DNA from: an uncultured Acidobacteriota bacterium
GTDB taxonomy: Bacteria > Acidobacteriota > Terriglobia > UBA7540
Length of the DNA: 64,000 nt
Direction of reading: 5' to 3'
Assembly: GCA_963804995.1 (NCBI GenBank)
Contig: CAWDSK010000005.1
Location: 640,001 to 704,000 of the forward strand
Part shown: positions 52,488-62,437 of the stretch, in pieces
Layout: each line of letters begins with the position of its first letter
How positions within the stretch are numbered: position 1 is the stretch's first letter
Program-made: the position numbers and the translations under genes
Notes under the pieces: generated by a model
What the model was told of the DNA's origin: nothing
What the model saw: the letters and a program-made list of their open reading frames with translations, nothing else
Databases searched by the model: none

Positions 52488-53376
52488 ATGCAAAGTGTGC
52501 ACAGTCTACTTTCTGCCCTGCCTCCTTTTCCCGGAAAGCTCCGCTTGGCGGACATTCTGGGAGGAATGAGGAGCACGCTGGGTGGCGCACGTGGTTCGGT
52601 GCGCTTGTCACCAGGAGTACAGTTTGAAGTCGACTTGCACGATCGTGTGCAGAGACAAATGTGGGCAGGGTGTTACGAGCCGCACGTCCGCAAATGCCTT
52701 GAGAGTCTCCTGGCGGAAGGCGACATCTTTGTCGATGTTGGAGCGCACATCGGTTATGTCACGATGATTGCTGCGCAGCGGGTGGGTTCGCAAGGAAGGG
52801 TGTTTTCCTTTGAACCTGATCCATTCTTGCATAAGAGGTTAGCCCGGAATGTCGCGCACCAGCCGTGGGTTCAAACCTTTTGCTGCGCTGTCTGGAAACA
52901 AAGCTGTGCACTTACCTTTGAACGGTCATCATCAGAGGGTGAATCGGGCTGGGGTACATTGACTTCGGTTCGTGACCTGAAGAAGGGTGAGCACATTGAC
53001 GTCCATGCAATTTCGCTCGACGATTGGGCTGTTCGCTCCGCGGTGGATAGAATCCAAGCCATAAAAATCGACGCCGAAGGGTCGGAGGTAAGCATTCTGG
53101 AGGGCGCAAGCGAGAACGATTTCCCGAATTCGTCCGATCATCATCATGGAGCGGAATGACACCATTCTTAGGCAGGCTGGCGCTTCCACCTCGATGCTGG
53201 TGAATCACCCGGTCCTCACGAATTACAAGATCTATGGGCTTACTTGGATGCAGTTGGCGCCTCTCGATGCGCGAGAGGCTGCGAACGAACTTCCTTCCGA
53301 AGTCCTCTGCGTACCCAATAGCCAAACTGAAACCACGTTGGGCATGCTCCAAAAGGCGGGATTCAAGCTGTGCTAA
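52488..53376 (+). CDS. FkbM-family methyltransferase; frameshift near 53110
   Basis: VDVGAHIG, FEPD, KIDAEGSE; C-terminus in ORF 53146-53376. Confidence 0.85.
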
Positions 53377-53558
53377 CCCTGGGCGTTAATTACTCTCATA
53401 AGAACGACTCGTCGGCGTGCAATGCATGGAATGGTGAGCCTTTATTTGTTGCGGTGGAGGAGGTGCTGAACCGTGTCGAGCACGATGCCTGCCTCCGGAG
53501 GCCCATTTTAACGACCTGGCAGACATTTTCCGGGACTGGCGCCCAGTCAACTATATAA
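53370..53558 (+). pseudogene. Degenerate copy of the carbamoyltransferase 5' end
   Basis: MLTLGVNYSHKNDSSACNAWNGEPLFVAVEEVLNRVEHD versus MLTLGINYSQMHDSSACIARDGELLFAVAEERLSRVKHD at 56217. Confidence 0.88.
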
Positions 53559-53761
53559 ATAGGACCTGAGATCTGAGGGCCGGTCTACCCATCAAAATGA
53601 AGCCCGCAAAAACTCATCCTTCCAATTCCTTTCCAATCTGGTTATGGCCCTTGATGATTGATCTTTGGGTCGGGGCGGTGCTCGGCCTGTTCCTGGTTAT
53701 CCGCGTTTTGGGGTCAAATATGGCGAAACACGCACTTCGCGTGTGGTGGTCGTACTAAGCG

Positions 53762-55603
53762 ATGCTGATGAACGCACTGGGGGCAATGTTCGCGACGCTG
53801 GTCGTCGCCGTAGCAGCATGGGGACTGGGCGGCTGGATGTGGCGGGGATTGCCCCTGACCTTCTCCCGGCTCGACCGGCTCGCATGCACCTGGCTTGGTG
53901 GCCTGGGATTACTTGGCACATTGCTGTTTCTCATCGGCCAGGTTGCGTATACCCGCACAACCATTTTCCTTACGTTGGGGGCAGCCGTGCTTGCGGCGAT
54001 TGGCCTGTTCGCACGCATGTGGAAAACGACGTTCGCCATATCTATACGGGAACTTAAGATACCGGCCCTTCCCGCCATTGTCATTGCTACCGTGCTGCTC
54101 GTGACAGCGCTGGGAGGGTTCTCGGAGCCTGTCGGTGACTGGGAAAATGATAGTATTGCTTACCATCTGCTTGGGCCAAAAGTTTGGCTTCGAAATGGCA
54201 CTGTGCGTCCTGTGCTGGACAACTTTCGCACGGCGTTTCCAGCCACGGCTGAGATTGTCTACGGAGCGCTAATGGCACTCGGTGGGAAGTGCGCTCCGGG
54301 TTTTTCTGCGGTTCTGACCCTCACGATGTTCTTTTTGGTGATCGGCTCGCTGGCCACTCGCTCAGGCTTGGATGACCGCGGCGCATGGTGGGCTGTGGCG
54401 CTCGTCGCCACCATGCCGGCTGCCTATTTCGCGGGCACTTCCGGTTTTGTAGATGTTCTCTATGCGAGTTTCGTACTGGCTGCAGCCAGGGTTGGGCTCG
54501 ATGCACAAACTACTTGGGAGCACATCTTATTTGGACTCTTCTGCGGACTTGCAATGGGAACGAAATATACGGGCGTGGTGGCGCTCCCACTCCTGGTTTC
54601 TTGTGTCGCTCTACGGATGGTGAATACTAGGCACGCGAGCCGGGATCTGGCCATACTGAAGACGGGGATTGCCATGGCTGTTGCTTTTGCAGTTGCTACC
54701 CCATTCTATGTCCGAAACTGGATCCTCCTCGGCTGCCCGATCTATCCTCCCCCGGTGTTTTTGTTGCATTTCTTTAAAGTCAAGTACGTGACGAAAGGGA
54801 TCGTTGAAGGTTTTCAGTCGAATGTTCTCAATCATGCGCCGTCGAACGTGCTCAGGCCTGGTTCGAGTCTCGGTCGTGTGATTGAGGGCTACCTACTCCT
54901 TCCGTTCAATCTGACATACCACACTTCAAACTTCAATGGGGCAGGCGGGATTGGACTGGCTCCCTTGGCCCTCGGACCTTTCGGTCTCTTTGCCGTCCGC
55001 CGGAACTGCTTCTTAAGATCGCTAGTCCTATTCGCATACTTACTCACCACATTCTGGTTTGTTTCAGCCCAGGAGTCACGTTACTTGGTCCACGTGTACG
55101 TGATCGCAGCAATTCTGGCCGTGATCGGCTGGCGCTACGCCGGTTCGGTGGCGTCGCGGGTTTCACCATTACTTGCCTCCGTTGTGGTCGCCAGCTCGTT
55201 GCTGTATGGCCTGTTCATGATCGCGTCTTCGCGGGTGGACGACATCCGTGCCGCATTTTCAAGCTCCTTTGCAGAGCAGCGGCGGCAAGAACATATCCCC
55301 TTTCTTGCGAGTTTCGAATACGCGAATAGGGACCCGTCCGTGCGAGGCGTACTCATTCTCAACCCGATGGTTCAGCCTTATTACTCCGATAAGACCTATG
55401 TGAAGCCGTTCGGAGATTGGGGAGTACGAACGTTACCTGACACGTCCGACCTGGACAGCGTCCTAGCGCGACTCCACGACCTACCCGTTTCGCATGTTCT
55501 CGATGTAAACTCGGGCGTCTTCCCCTTCCAGTTGCCTGCACGCACTCGGGGCTTGACGCTCGTATTTGAGCGAACGAACCAGAGAATCTATAGGATCGAC
55601 TAA
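53762..55603 (+). CDS. Multi-TM GT-C/ArnT-like membrane protein
   Basis: About 13 TM segments; DSIAYHL, GLAMGTKYTG, PFYVRNWILLGCPIYP, QESRY. Confidence 0.7.
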   Translation: MLMNALGAMFATLVVAVAAWGLGGWMWRGLPLTFSRLDRLACTWLGGLGLLGTLLFLIGQVAYTRTTIFLTLGAAVLAAIGLFARMWKTTFAISIRELKIPALPAIVIATVLLVTALGGFSEPVGDWENDSIAYHLLGPKVWLRNGTVRPVLDNFRTAFPATAEIVYGALMALGGKCAPGFSAVLTLTMFFLVIGSLATRSGLDDRGAWWAVALVATMPAAYFAGTSGFVDVLYASFVLAAARVGLDAQTTWEHILFGLFCGLAMGTKYTGVVALPLLVSCVALRMVNTRHASRDLAILKTGIAMAVAFAVATPFYVRNWILLGCPIYPPPVFLLHFFKVKYVTKGIVEGFQSNVLNHAPSNVLRPGSSLGRVIEGYLLLPFNLTYHTSNFNGAGGIGLAPLALGPFGLFAVRRNCFLRSLVLFAYLLTTFWFVSAQESRYLVHVYVIAAILAVIGWRYAGSVASRVSPLLASVVVASSLLYGLFMIASSRVDDIRAAFSSSFAEQRRQEHIPFLASFEYANRDPSVRGVLILNPMVQPYYSDKTYVKPFGDWGVRTLPDTSDLDSVLARLHDLPVSHVLDVNSGVFPFQLPARTRGLTLVFERTNQRIYRID

Positions 55604-55651
55604 CTGCGGATCCTTTTAGAAAAAGCTCTTGAGATTTGCCAAGTCATGACA

Positions 55652-55900
55652 TTCGATTGTCAGCCTCGGCTCACCCAAGGCAAATTCATAATGCAAACTC
55701 AGGTTGCCGTCAGGCGCACGCTCCGGCACGCTCTCCACGCCATGGTCAAAACCGATCAGCCCTACGACGGCTCCAAACGTTGTCGGGCGCCCCTGCCCAG
55801 AAGGTGACCCGTGCTCGCGTTGCTCGCTGACCTTCAAAACGAAAGAGGTTTCCCGGACGCTTTTGGAAGGAAGAAACGCTTGAACTTCAAGAGAGAATTT
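55652..55900 (+). pseudogene. Remnant of the 3' end of an IS110-family transposase and its right end
   Basis: Manual translation FDCQPRLTQGKFIMQTQVAVRRTLRHALHAMVKTDQPYDGSK resembles the IS110 C-terminal GK.KMQA.VA.MRKLLHA..AM.K..QPYD, followed by TTGAACTTCAAGAGAGAAT. Confidence 0.6.
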
Positions 55901-55979
55901 ACCGGCTTCGAGACTTTGATGCGGTCCTTAATTGAGGGGGAGTGTGAGCCGGCTGAAAGCTGCCCGTCCGGCTCGAAGA

Positions 55980-56147
55980 GCGGGCAGGGAGGTCGGGATC
56001 GGCATCGCGCAATCACTTACTCTACCCTTCCAGGCTCATGACGTTTTGTTAATGTGGGACTGTCCCACTTGTTGCGCTCCGCGGGGCAGCGCGACCGTCG
56101 TCCCACCAAATTCCCCGGCTCTACGCGTTTTGCTCTTGACTTTTTCA
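55980..56147 (+). repeat. Dispersed ~170-bp non-coding repeat, copy 2
   Basis: Aligns with the reverse complement of 1300-1471. Confidence 0.7.
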
Positions 56148-56216
56148 TACCCCACTGGCACTCAGTAGCCAGACTCAAATGGCACCGGGCATGCTCCAAA
56201 AAGCGGGATTCAACCT

Positions 56217-57893
56217 GTGCTAACCCTGGGGATTAATTACTCTCAAATGCACGACTCGTCAGCGTGCATCGCCCGCGACGGCGAGTTACTTTTTGCCGTT
56301 GCCGAAGAGCGCCTGAGTCGAGTCAAACACGACGAGCGGTTTCCAGCCCTGGCGATCAAAGCCTGTCTCCAGTTCGCCCGCGTCCGACCTGAGCAGCTTG
56401 ACTACATCGCATTCGGTTGGTCTCCGCCCCGTCGAACCTACTTGCACGATCTTGCGGATTTTGTGCGCGGCCGCCATCCCATCAGCTATTTGAATGTGCT
56501 GAATTCAACTCGGCAGTTTGTGAGCATGAACCATCAGCGCGGTGGCCAGCGGCGCTTTACCCAGTACTTTGGTCCGACGAAGGCGCGCATGCTCTTCGTG
56601 GATCATCATCGTGCCCACGCGATCAGTGCCTATGCCCATTCCGGATTCGAAGAAGCTGCTGTGGTCGTAGTGGATGGAAGGGGTGCCTGGGAAGCGACTT
56701 CAATCTGGCATGGCCGCAACGGCAAGCTTGACCATGTCCTTACGATCCCCTGGCCGAATTCTTTGGGTCTCTTTTACGCTGCCTTTACAGAGTATCTCGG
56801 ATTCCAACCTTACAGTGACGAGTGGAAGGTGATGGGATTGGCGCCTTATGGCCAGCCGGGAGTCAGTCTTAAGGATTTTGTCACAATCGATCACGGCTTC
56901 TATGAGGTGGACGGTCCACACTTGATCGGCCGCGGCTCCAACCTTGATGGGCGGATCGTCGAGCGTTTGGGGCCCAAACGAGTGCCGGAAAGCGAAATCG
57001 AAAGCCGGTACAAGGATGTTGCCTTCGCCGTTCAGGACGCCTGCGAACAGGCGATGAAGGGCATCGCGGATGTGGCAGTGAAGAAGACGGGTTGCCGCAA
57101 GCTGTGTCTGGCGGGGGGCGTCGCGCTGAATTCTAAGGCCAATGGACTGATCCTGAGTTCAGGCCTAGTCGAGAGCATCTTCATTCAGCCCGCAGCCTCA
57201 GACGATGGCGTGGCGTTGGGCGCCGTTTTTGCGCCCTATCTCGAGACCGGCGAGCGCTTGCCGCTCAAGGCCATGCGGCAGGTTTATCTGGGGGCTGCAT
57301 TCGAAGATTCAGAAATTGAAAAGGTCTTGCGCACTTACAAACTCCGCTCGACGCAGCTCTGCGATGTGGCGGGTACGACCGCAGATTTGCTGGCGGCGGG
57401 GAAGATCATCGGCTGGTTCCAGGGCCGCATGGAGTTTGGTCCCCGGGCGCTGGGTAGCCGATCGATTCTCGCTGATCCCCGCGACCCGGAGATGAATGCC
57501 AAGGTCAATAACGCGGTAAAGTTCCGAGAGTGGTGGCGACCCTTTGCGCCCTCGCTCCTGGCTGAGTCTGCCGGGGATTATTTGGAGTCCGCAGTGGATT
57601 CACCTTTCATGATCCTGACCAGCCAGGTTAAGCCCGAGAAACGGAGTGTCATTCCGTCCGTGACACACGTCGACGGCAGCGCCCGGCCGCAGACAGTTGA
57701 GGAAAGCGTGAATCCGCTCTATTGGCGAGTCATCAAGGAGTTTGGCCAGCGCACGGGTGTGCCGGTCATCATGAACACCTCATTCAATTTGCGCGGCGAG
57801 CCGATTGTGTGCACTCCCACCGACGCCATTCGCACGTTTTTCAGTTCGGGAATGGACGCGTTGATTATCGGTAGCTTCATGGTAGAGAAATAG
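56217..57893 (+). CDS. Carbamoyltransferase (NodU/CmcH family)
   Basis: HDSSAC, AEERLSRVKH, HHRAHA, KVMGLAPYG, AGGVALN, EFGPRALGSRS, KFREWWRPFAP, NTSFN. Confidence 0.95.
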   Translation: MLTLGINYSQMHDSSACIARDGELLFAVAEERLSRVKHDERFPALAIKACLQFARVRPEQLDYIAFGWSPPRRTYLHDLADFVRGRHPISYLNVLNSTRQFVSMNHQRGGQRRFTQYFGPTKARMLFVDHHRAHAISAYAHSGFEEAAVVVVDGRGAWEATSIWHGRNGKLDHVLTIPWPNSLGLFYAAFTEYLGFQPYSDEWKVMGLAPYGQPGVSLKDFVTIDHGFYEVDGPHLIGRGSNLDGRIVERLGPKRVPESEIESRYKDVAFAVQDACEQAMKGIADVAVKKTGCRKLCLAGGVALNSKANGLILSSGLVESIFIQPAASDDGVALGAVFAPYLETGERLPLKAMRQVYLGAAFEDSEIEKVLRTYKLRSTQLCDVAGTTADLLAAGKIIGWFQGRMEFGPRALGSRSILADPRDPEMNAKVNNAVKFREWWRPFAPSLLAESAGDYLESAVDSPFMILTSQVKPEKRSVIPSVTHVDGSARPQTVEESVNPLYWRVIKEFGQRTGVPVIMNTSFNLRGEPIVCTPTDAIRTFFSSGMDALIIGSFMVEK

Positions 57894-57912
57894 GCGACAT
57901 TCAGTGCCGGGC

Positions 57913-58707
57913 ATGAACCTCTCTAATACATTAGTATGGTTTTGGCAAATGGTTCCCCTGGAATGGAGAAAGTTTGTGACGAAATCTCCTAACCTCCGAT
58001 CATTTGCCAACAGGTTTTATCCAAACCAGCCGAGGATTTTCCCGCTCGCCTCTCCGCTTGAGGGGCACCAAATGCTATTGCACTGGCAAACCGGGAAAGC
58101 GTGGGTTTTCGGGACCTATGAGACCGAAGTGACCAAGGCGATACAGAACACTGTTGAGCCAGGTCAGTGCGTAGTTGATGTGGGCGCCAACATTGGCTAT
58201 TTCACCCTGCTGTTGGCCAAGAAGGTCGGATCACAAGGCAGGGTCATAGCCTTCGAGCCCTTCAGTGTAGTGTATGAGGTTTTGGAAAAGAATGTAGCTT
58301 TGAATGGCTACGGTAACGTGACCCTCGTAAACAAGGCCGTTGCCGGACGCTCGGCCGCAGTTGGCTTTAGCCATGTTGGCACCGACCTGCTTAGTTCAAT
58401 CGAAAGGATTGTCCCTGATTCCCTCAATCATGTCTCAGCGGTGAGCCTCGACGACTATTTCGGTCCCGTCCACCGTCGCGTTGACTTTGTCAAAGTGGAT
58501 GTCGAAGGTGCAGAACTGAGCGTCTTGGAAGGGATGCAGGGAATCCTTCAGAATGATCACCCGATTCTGCTCATCGAGCTCCACGGGTGTGCTAGCAGTG
58601 TGGATGTGCACCCAGTGGTCTCAAACCTGTTGAACGCAGGGTATAGCTGCTGTCTTCTCGATGGATCACAAACCCAGGGGCATATTCTTGCTCGGGTGGG
58701 GCATTGA
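57913..58707 (+). CDS. FkbM-family methyltransferase
   Basis: VDVGANIGYF, FEPF, KVDVEGAE. Confidence 0.9.
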   Translation: MNLSNTLVWFWQMVPLEWRKFVTKSPNLRSFANRFYPNQPRIFPLASPLEGHQMLLHWQTGKAWVFGTYETEVTKAIQNTVEPGQCVVDVGANIGYFTLLLAKKVGSQGRVIAFEPFSVVYEVLEKNVALNGYGNVTLVNKAVAGRSAAVGFSHVGTDLLSSIERIVPDSLNHVSAVSLDDYFGPVHRRVDFVKVDVEGAELSVLEGMQGILQNDHPILLIELHGCASSVDVHPVVSNLLNAGYSCCLLDGSQTQGHILARVGH

Positions 58708-58846
58708 TAAGTATGCACCTCGCTCGCTGGTCGGAGTCACACCAACGTGTAGGGCTTCGATATCATTTCGACTCAGGCAAATCGGAGCTCGAAGCGTCGC
58801 GCAGGTGCCGGGAAAACAGGATCCTTCTCTAATTGACAGGCCGCAT

Positions 58847-59953
58847 ATGAACAAGAACCCTGCTCCTTCCTCCATCCTTATCGTACTTTTGGGGAGGAGA
58901 GATGTTCCGACCGACGGTGTGGAGGATTACTGCGGGTTCCTTGGCCTTGCGATGGAAGCCAGAGGCTACAGGGTCGAAATGGTTCGCGTCCCCTGGGAGG
59001 ATATTGGGTGGATTCGAGCTTGGATGCGCCTTTGGCAGGAGAGCCGGGAGTGGAAAGGGAAGTGGGTTCTGGTTCAATACACGGCCCTGATGTGGTCCCG
59101 ACATGGGTTTCCACTGGCGTTCTTGGGAGTCTTGCTGACCCTCCACGTGCGAGGCGTGCGCCTGATTACGGTCTTTCACGATGTTGCGACGTACCCTGGT
59201 AAGCGCATGATCGATCGAATTCGCCGCGCCTGCCAACGATGGGTATTCCGCAGAGCTTATGGGTGGACGCAATCCTGTGTGCTGCCTGTGCCCAAGGAGC
59301 AAGTAGACTGGCTCCCACTGCCTGCCACGAAAGCCAGTTTCATCCCTGTGGGAGCGAACATCCCGGCCATCGCTCCCGTGTGCCGCTCCGCTCACAACGG
59401 AAACGAGCCAAAGACCATCGCGGTTTTCGGGGTTACCGACGGCGGGGACATCAGCAAGGAGGTTTCGGCGATTACCCATGCTGCAACCGCGGCCATCACT
59501 TGCGTCCGCGAAGTGCGGTTGGTGACGCTGGGTCGCGGGTCGCGAGAGTCGGAACCCGCCTTCCGGAAAGCATTGGCCGGAAGCGAAGTTGAGTACCAAG
59601 CCCTCGGCGTCCTTCCTGCCGATGAGGTTGCGAGATTGCTGGCGAGTTGTGACGTCTCACTTTTTGTGCGCGGCCGGATCACGACTCAAAGGGGAAGTGC
59701 TATAGCCAGCATTGCCTGCTTTCTCCCCTTGGTGGCCTATGCCGACGGTTGCCTGCCCACCCCATTAGCGGAAGCCGGTGTGTTGGGTGTCCCCTGCGGG
59801 GATCGCGAAGCATTGGCCGCAGCGGTGGTTAGGGTGTTGACCAATGACGATCTTTGGCTAGAGCTTCATCAACGCAGCCGGCGTGCTTATGAAAGATACT
59901 TTTCTTGGGAAGCCGTGGCAGCCCGCTTCCTAGGGCTTCTTGACCGTGCCTAA
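58847..59953 (+). CDS. GT4-like glycosyltransferase
   Basis: DGVEDYC, FIPVGANIP, RGSAIA, FSWEAVA (GT-B fold). Confidence 0.8.
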   Translation: MNKNPAPSSILIVLLGRRDVPTDGVEDYCGFLGLAMEARGYRVEMVRVPWEDIGWIRAWMRLWQESREWKGKWVLVQYTALMWSRHGFPLAFLGVLLTLHVRGVRLITVFHDVATYPGKRMIDRIRRACQRWVFRRAYGWTQSCVLPVPKEQVDWLPLPATKASFIPVGANIPAIAPVCRSAHNGNEPKTIAVFGVTDGGDISKEVSAITHAATAAITCVREVRLVTLGRGSRESEPAFRKALAGSEVEYQALGVLPADEVARLLASCDVSLFVRGRITTQRGSAIASIACFLPLVAYADGCLPTPLAEAGVLGVPCGDREALAAAVVRVLTNDDLWLELHQRSRRAYERYFSWEAVAARFLGLLDRA

Positions 59954-61160
59954 AGAACGATATCGAGTTCTGTATGTTGCTTCCCATCCCATTCAGTACC
60001 AAGCGCCGATCTTTCGTCTGATGGCGCAGCATCCGCAGCTTGAGATTCAGGTGGCGTATTGCAGTTTACAAGGAGCCAAATCCGGGCTTGATCCGGAATT
60101 CGGGGTCGATGTGAAATGGGATGTTCCATTGCTGGAAGGCTATCCGTGGGTTCACGTTCCAAACAAATCCCCTTGGCCCGGGCTGGGGCGTTTCTGGGGT
60201 TTCTTAAACCCAGGATTATGGAAGTTGGTAAGCCTCGGTGGCTATGATGCCATCGTGGTACATACGGGTTACGTTTGTTTAAGCTTTTGGATCGTGATGG
60301 CCGCGGCCAAGCTCTACAGGGTTCCCATATTGTTTGGGACCGACGCGCACGGACTGGTTCCGCTGGACGGGAAAAAGTGGAAGGTTCCCGTTAAGCGGTT
60401 CGTCTGGCCACGGCTTTTTCGCCTCGCCTCCGTCGTGATTGTGCCCTCGACTTGGAGTGCCGATATGATGCGAACCCTCGGCATTCCGGATGACCGGTTG
60501 GTTCTAACGCCCTACGTGGTCGATAACGATTGGTGGATCAATCAGTCTGAGAAAGTGGACCGCGGTGAGGTGCGGCGAGCGTGGGGGGTGCCTGAGGAGG
60601 TGGCCGTCGTGCTCTTTTGCGCCAAGCTCCAGCCATGGAAGCGCCCCCTGGATGTCATGAATGCGTTCGCCCACGCCGAGGTCACCGGCGCGCACCTTGT
60701 TTTTGCCGGAGAAGGCCCGCTCCGAGGCGAGTTGGAATCCCAGGCCGTTTCCTTAGGCATTGCAGGGCGCGTTCATTTTCTCGGATTCACCAACCAGTCG
60801 CGACTGCCGGCAGTGTACCGGGCCTCGGACCTACTTGTCATGCCTTCGGATTACGACGCTTTCGGTGTCGTTGTGAACGAAGCGATGCTGTGCGGGTGCC
60901 CCGCGATCGTCAGTGACCATGTGGGCGCTGGTCGCGACTTGATATTGGCGGGGCAGAACGGGGGTGTCCTCCCCTGCGGTGACGTGGACGCCCTCGCCAC
61001 GCTCTTGCGGGAAGTCCTTTCCGACCGTGAGCGGCTGAGGCGAATGAGTTCGGCCGCCCGTCAGCGCATGGAGACCTGGTCGCCCCGTGAGAATGTCGAA
61101 GCCCAGGTACAGGCGGTCGAGAAGGCAGTCCTTATGATGCAAAAGGGAGCTTCGCACTGA
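59940..61160 (+). CDS. GT4 glycosyltransferase
   Basis: SHPIQYQAP, KRPLD, FGVVVNEAMLCGCP. Confidence 0.9.
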   Translation: MTVPKERYRVLYVASHPIQYQAPIFRLMAQHPQLEIQVAYCSLQGAKSGLDPEFGVDVKWDVPLLEGYPWVHVPNKSPWPGLGRFWGFLNPGLWKLVSLGGYDAIVVHTGYVCLSFWIVMAAAKLYRVPILFGTDAHGLVPLDGKKWKVPVKRFVWPRLFRLASVVIVPSTWSADMMRTLGIPDDRLVLTPYVVDNDWWINQSEKVDRGEVRRAWGVPEEVAVVLFCAKLQPWKRPLDVMNAFAHAEVTGAHLVFAGEGPLRGELESQAVSLGIAGRVHFLGFTNQSRLPAVYRASDLLVMPSDYDAFGVVVNEAMLCGCPAIVSDHVGAGRDLILAGQNGGVLPCGDVDALATLLREVLSDRERLRRMSSAARQRMETWSPRENVEAQVQAVEKAVLMMQKGASH

Positions 61161-62365
61161 AAATCCTGCTTTACAGCCACTCCTTTGCGCCTAGTGTTGG
61201 CGGGGTGGAGACGTACGTCATGCTGCTCGCGCAAGGGCTAGCCGAGCGCTCAGATCAAGGTGGGGAGAGTGACCTGGAGATCACGGTAGCAACACCTACG
61301 CCAGCGAGCGGGATGGACGACGCCTCGTTGCCGTTCCGTGTCGTGCGCCAACCAGGGCCCCTCACGCTGCTCAAGCTATTATGGCGCTCAGACGTGATCC
61401 ACCTAGCGGGTCCCTGTCTGCTTCCCATGTGGTTGGCAATCCTTTCTCGCAAACCTACGGTGATAGAGCATCACGGGTATCAGGCGATCTGCCCGAATGG
61501 ACTGCTTCTCCATGAGCCGACCAAGACGGTGTGCCCAGGTTACTTCATGGGCCGCCAATACACGAAATGTCTGCGTTGCGACGCCACTAACTCCGGCCTG
61601 CTCAAGAGCATGGTCCAGTTGCTGCTTACATTCCCTCGCCGTTGGGCCTCGAAGCTTGTTACGACTAACGCGCCGATCTCTAGGCATGTTGAGAACCGCC
61701 TCCTTCTTCCCCGTTCGGAGGTTATCTACTATGGTGTTCCCGACCCCCACAAAGGGCTTGAGCGCCCCGCCATCATCAGTGAACGCGACAGGCTGGATCC
61801 TCCTATTTTTGCCTACGTCGGAAGGCTCGTAACCGAAAAAGGGGTGCCAGTTCTCCTGCAAGCAGCGAAGGAGCTAGTTGACGCCGGATACTCGTTTCGC
61901 TTGAAGATTATCGGAGACGGTCCGGAACGAGCGGCCCTGGAGAATAAGGCGATCTCCCTCGGACTTCAGCGATGCGTGTTTTTTGCGGGCTGGCTTCAGG
62001 GAGAAGCTCTCCAGGTTGAGCTTGAAGGCGTTTCCGCAGTGGTAATGGCAACACTTATGGAAGAAACCGCTGGTTTGGCCTTAATCGAGCACATGATGCG
62101 GGGTGGGTTGGTAGTTGCCTCCGATATCGGCGGAATGGGAGAGGTGGTCGACGGCGCGGGATTGAAATTCGCGGCGGGGAGTGTTGCTGGTCTTGTCTCC
62201 TGCCTTCGACGCGTGCTCGATGATCCCTGCTTAGTGACAACCCTGGGGGCCAGGGCGAGGGCACGAGCGCAAGAACTCTTCACACAAGAGAGGATGGTTG
62301 ATGACCATCTAGGCATCTATCGCGAGATCTCTGGAAGCTGTCGGCGAGCGAGGCATCTGACTTAA
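61157..62365 (+). CDS. GT4 glycosyltransferase (probable CTG start)
   Basis: The in-frame upstream extension LKILLYSHSFAPSVGGVETY is the conserved GT4 N-terminus; GRLVTEKG, EETAGLALIEHM. Confidence 0.88.
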   Translation: MKILLYSHSFAPSVGGVETYVMLLAQGLAERSDQGGESDLEITVATPTPASGMDDASLPFRVVRQPGPLTLLKLLWRSDVIHLAGPCLLPMWLAILSRKPTVIEHHGYQAICPNGLLLHEPTKTVCPGYFMGRQYTKCLRCDATNSGLLKSMVQLLLTFPRRWASKLVTTNAPISRHVENRLLLPRSEVIYYGVPDPHKGLERPAIISERDRLDPPIFAYVGRLVTEKGVPVLLQAAKELVDAGYSFRLKIIGDGPERAALENKAISLGLQRCVFFAGWLQGEALQVELEGVSAVVMATLMEETAGLALIEHMMRGGLVVASDIGGMGEVVDGAGLKFAAGSVAGLVSCLRRVLDDPCLVTTLGARARARAQELFTQERMVDDHLGIYREISGSCRRARHLT

Positions 62366-62437
62366 TGATCCACGGTTAGCAGGCGTGTTGCGAGGGGATC
62401 CTGCGCCGAACACCTCCTTGATAGATGAGAACAAAGG

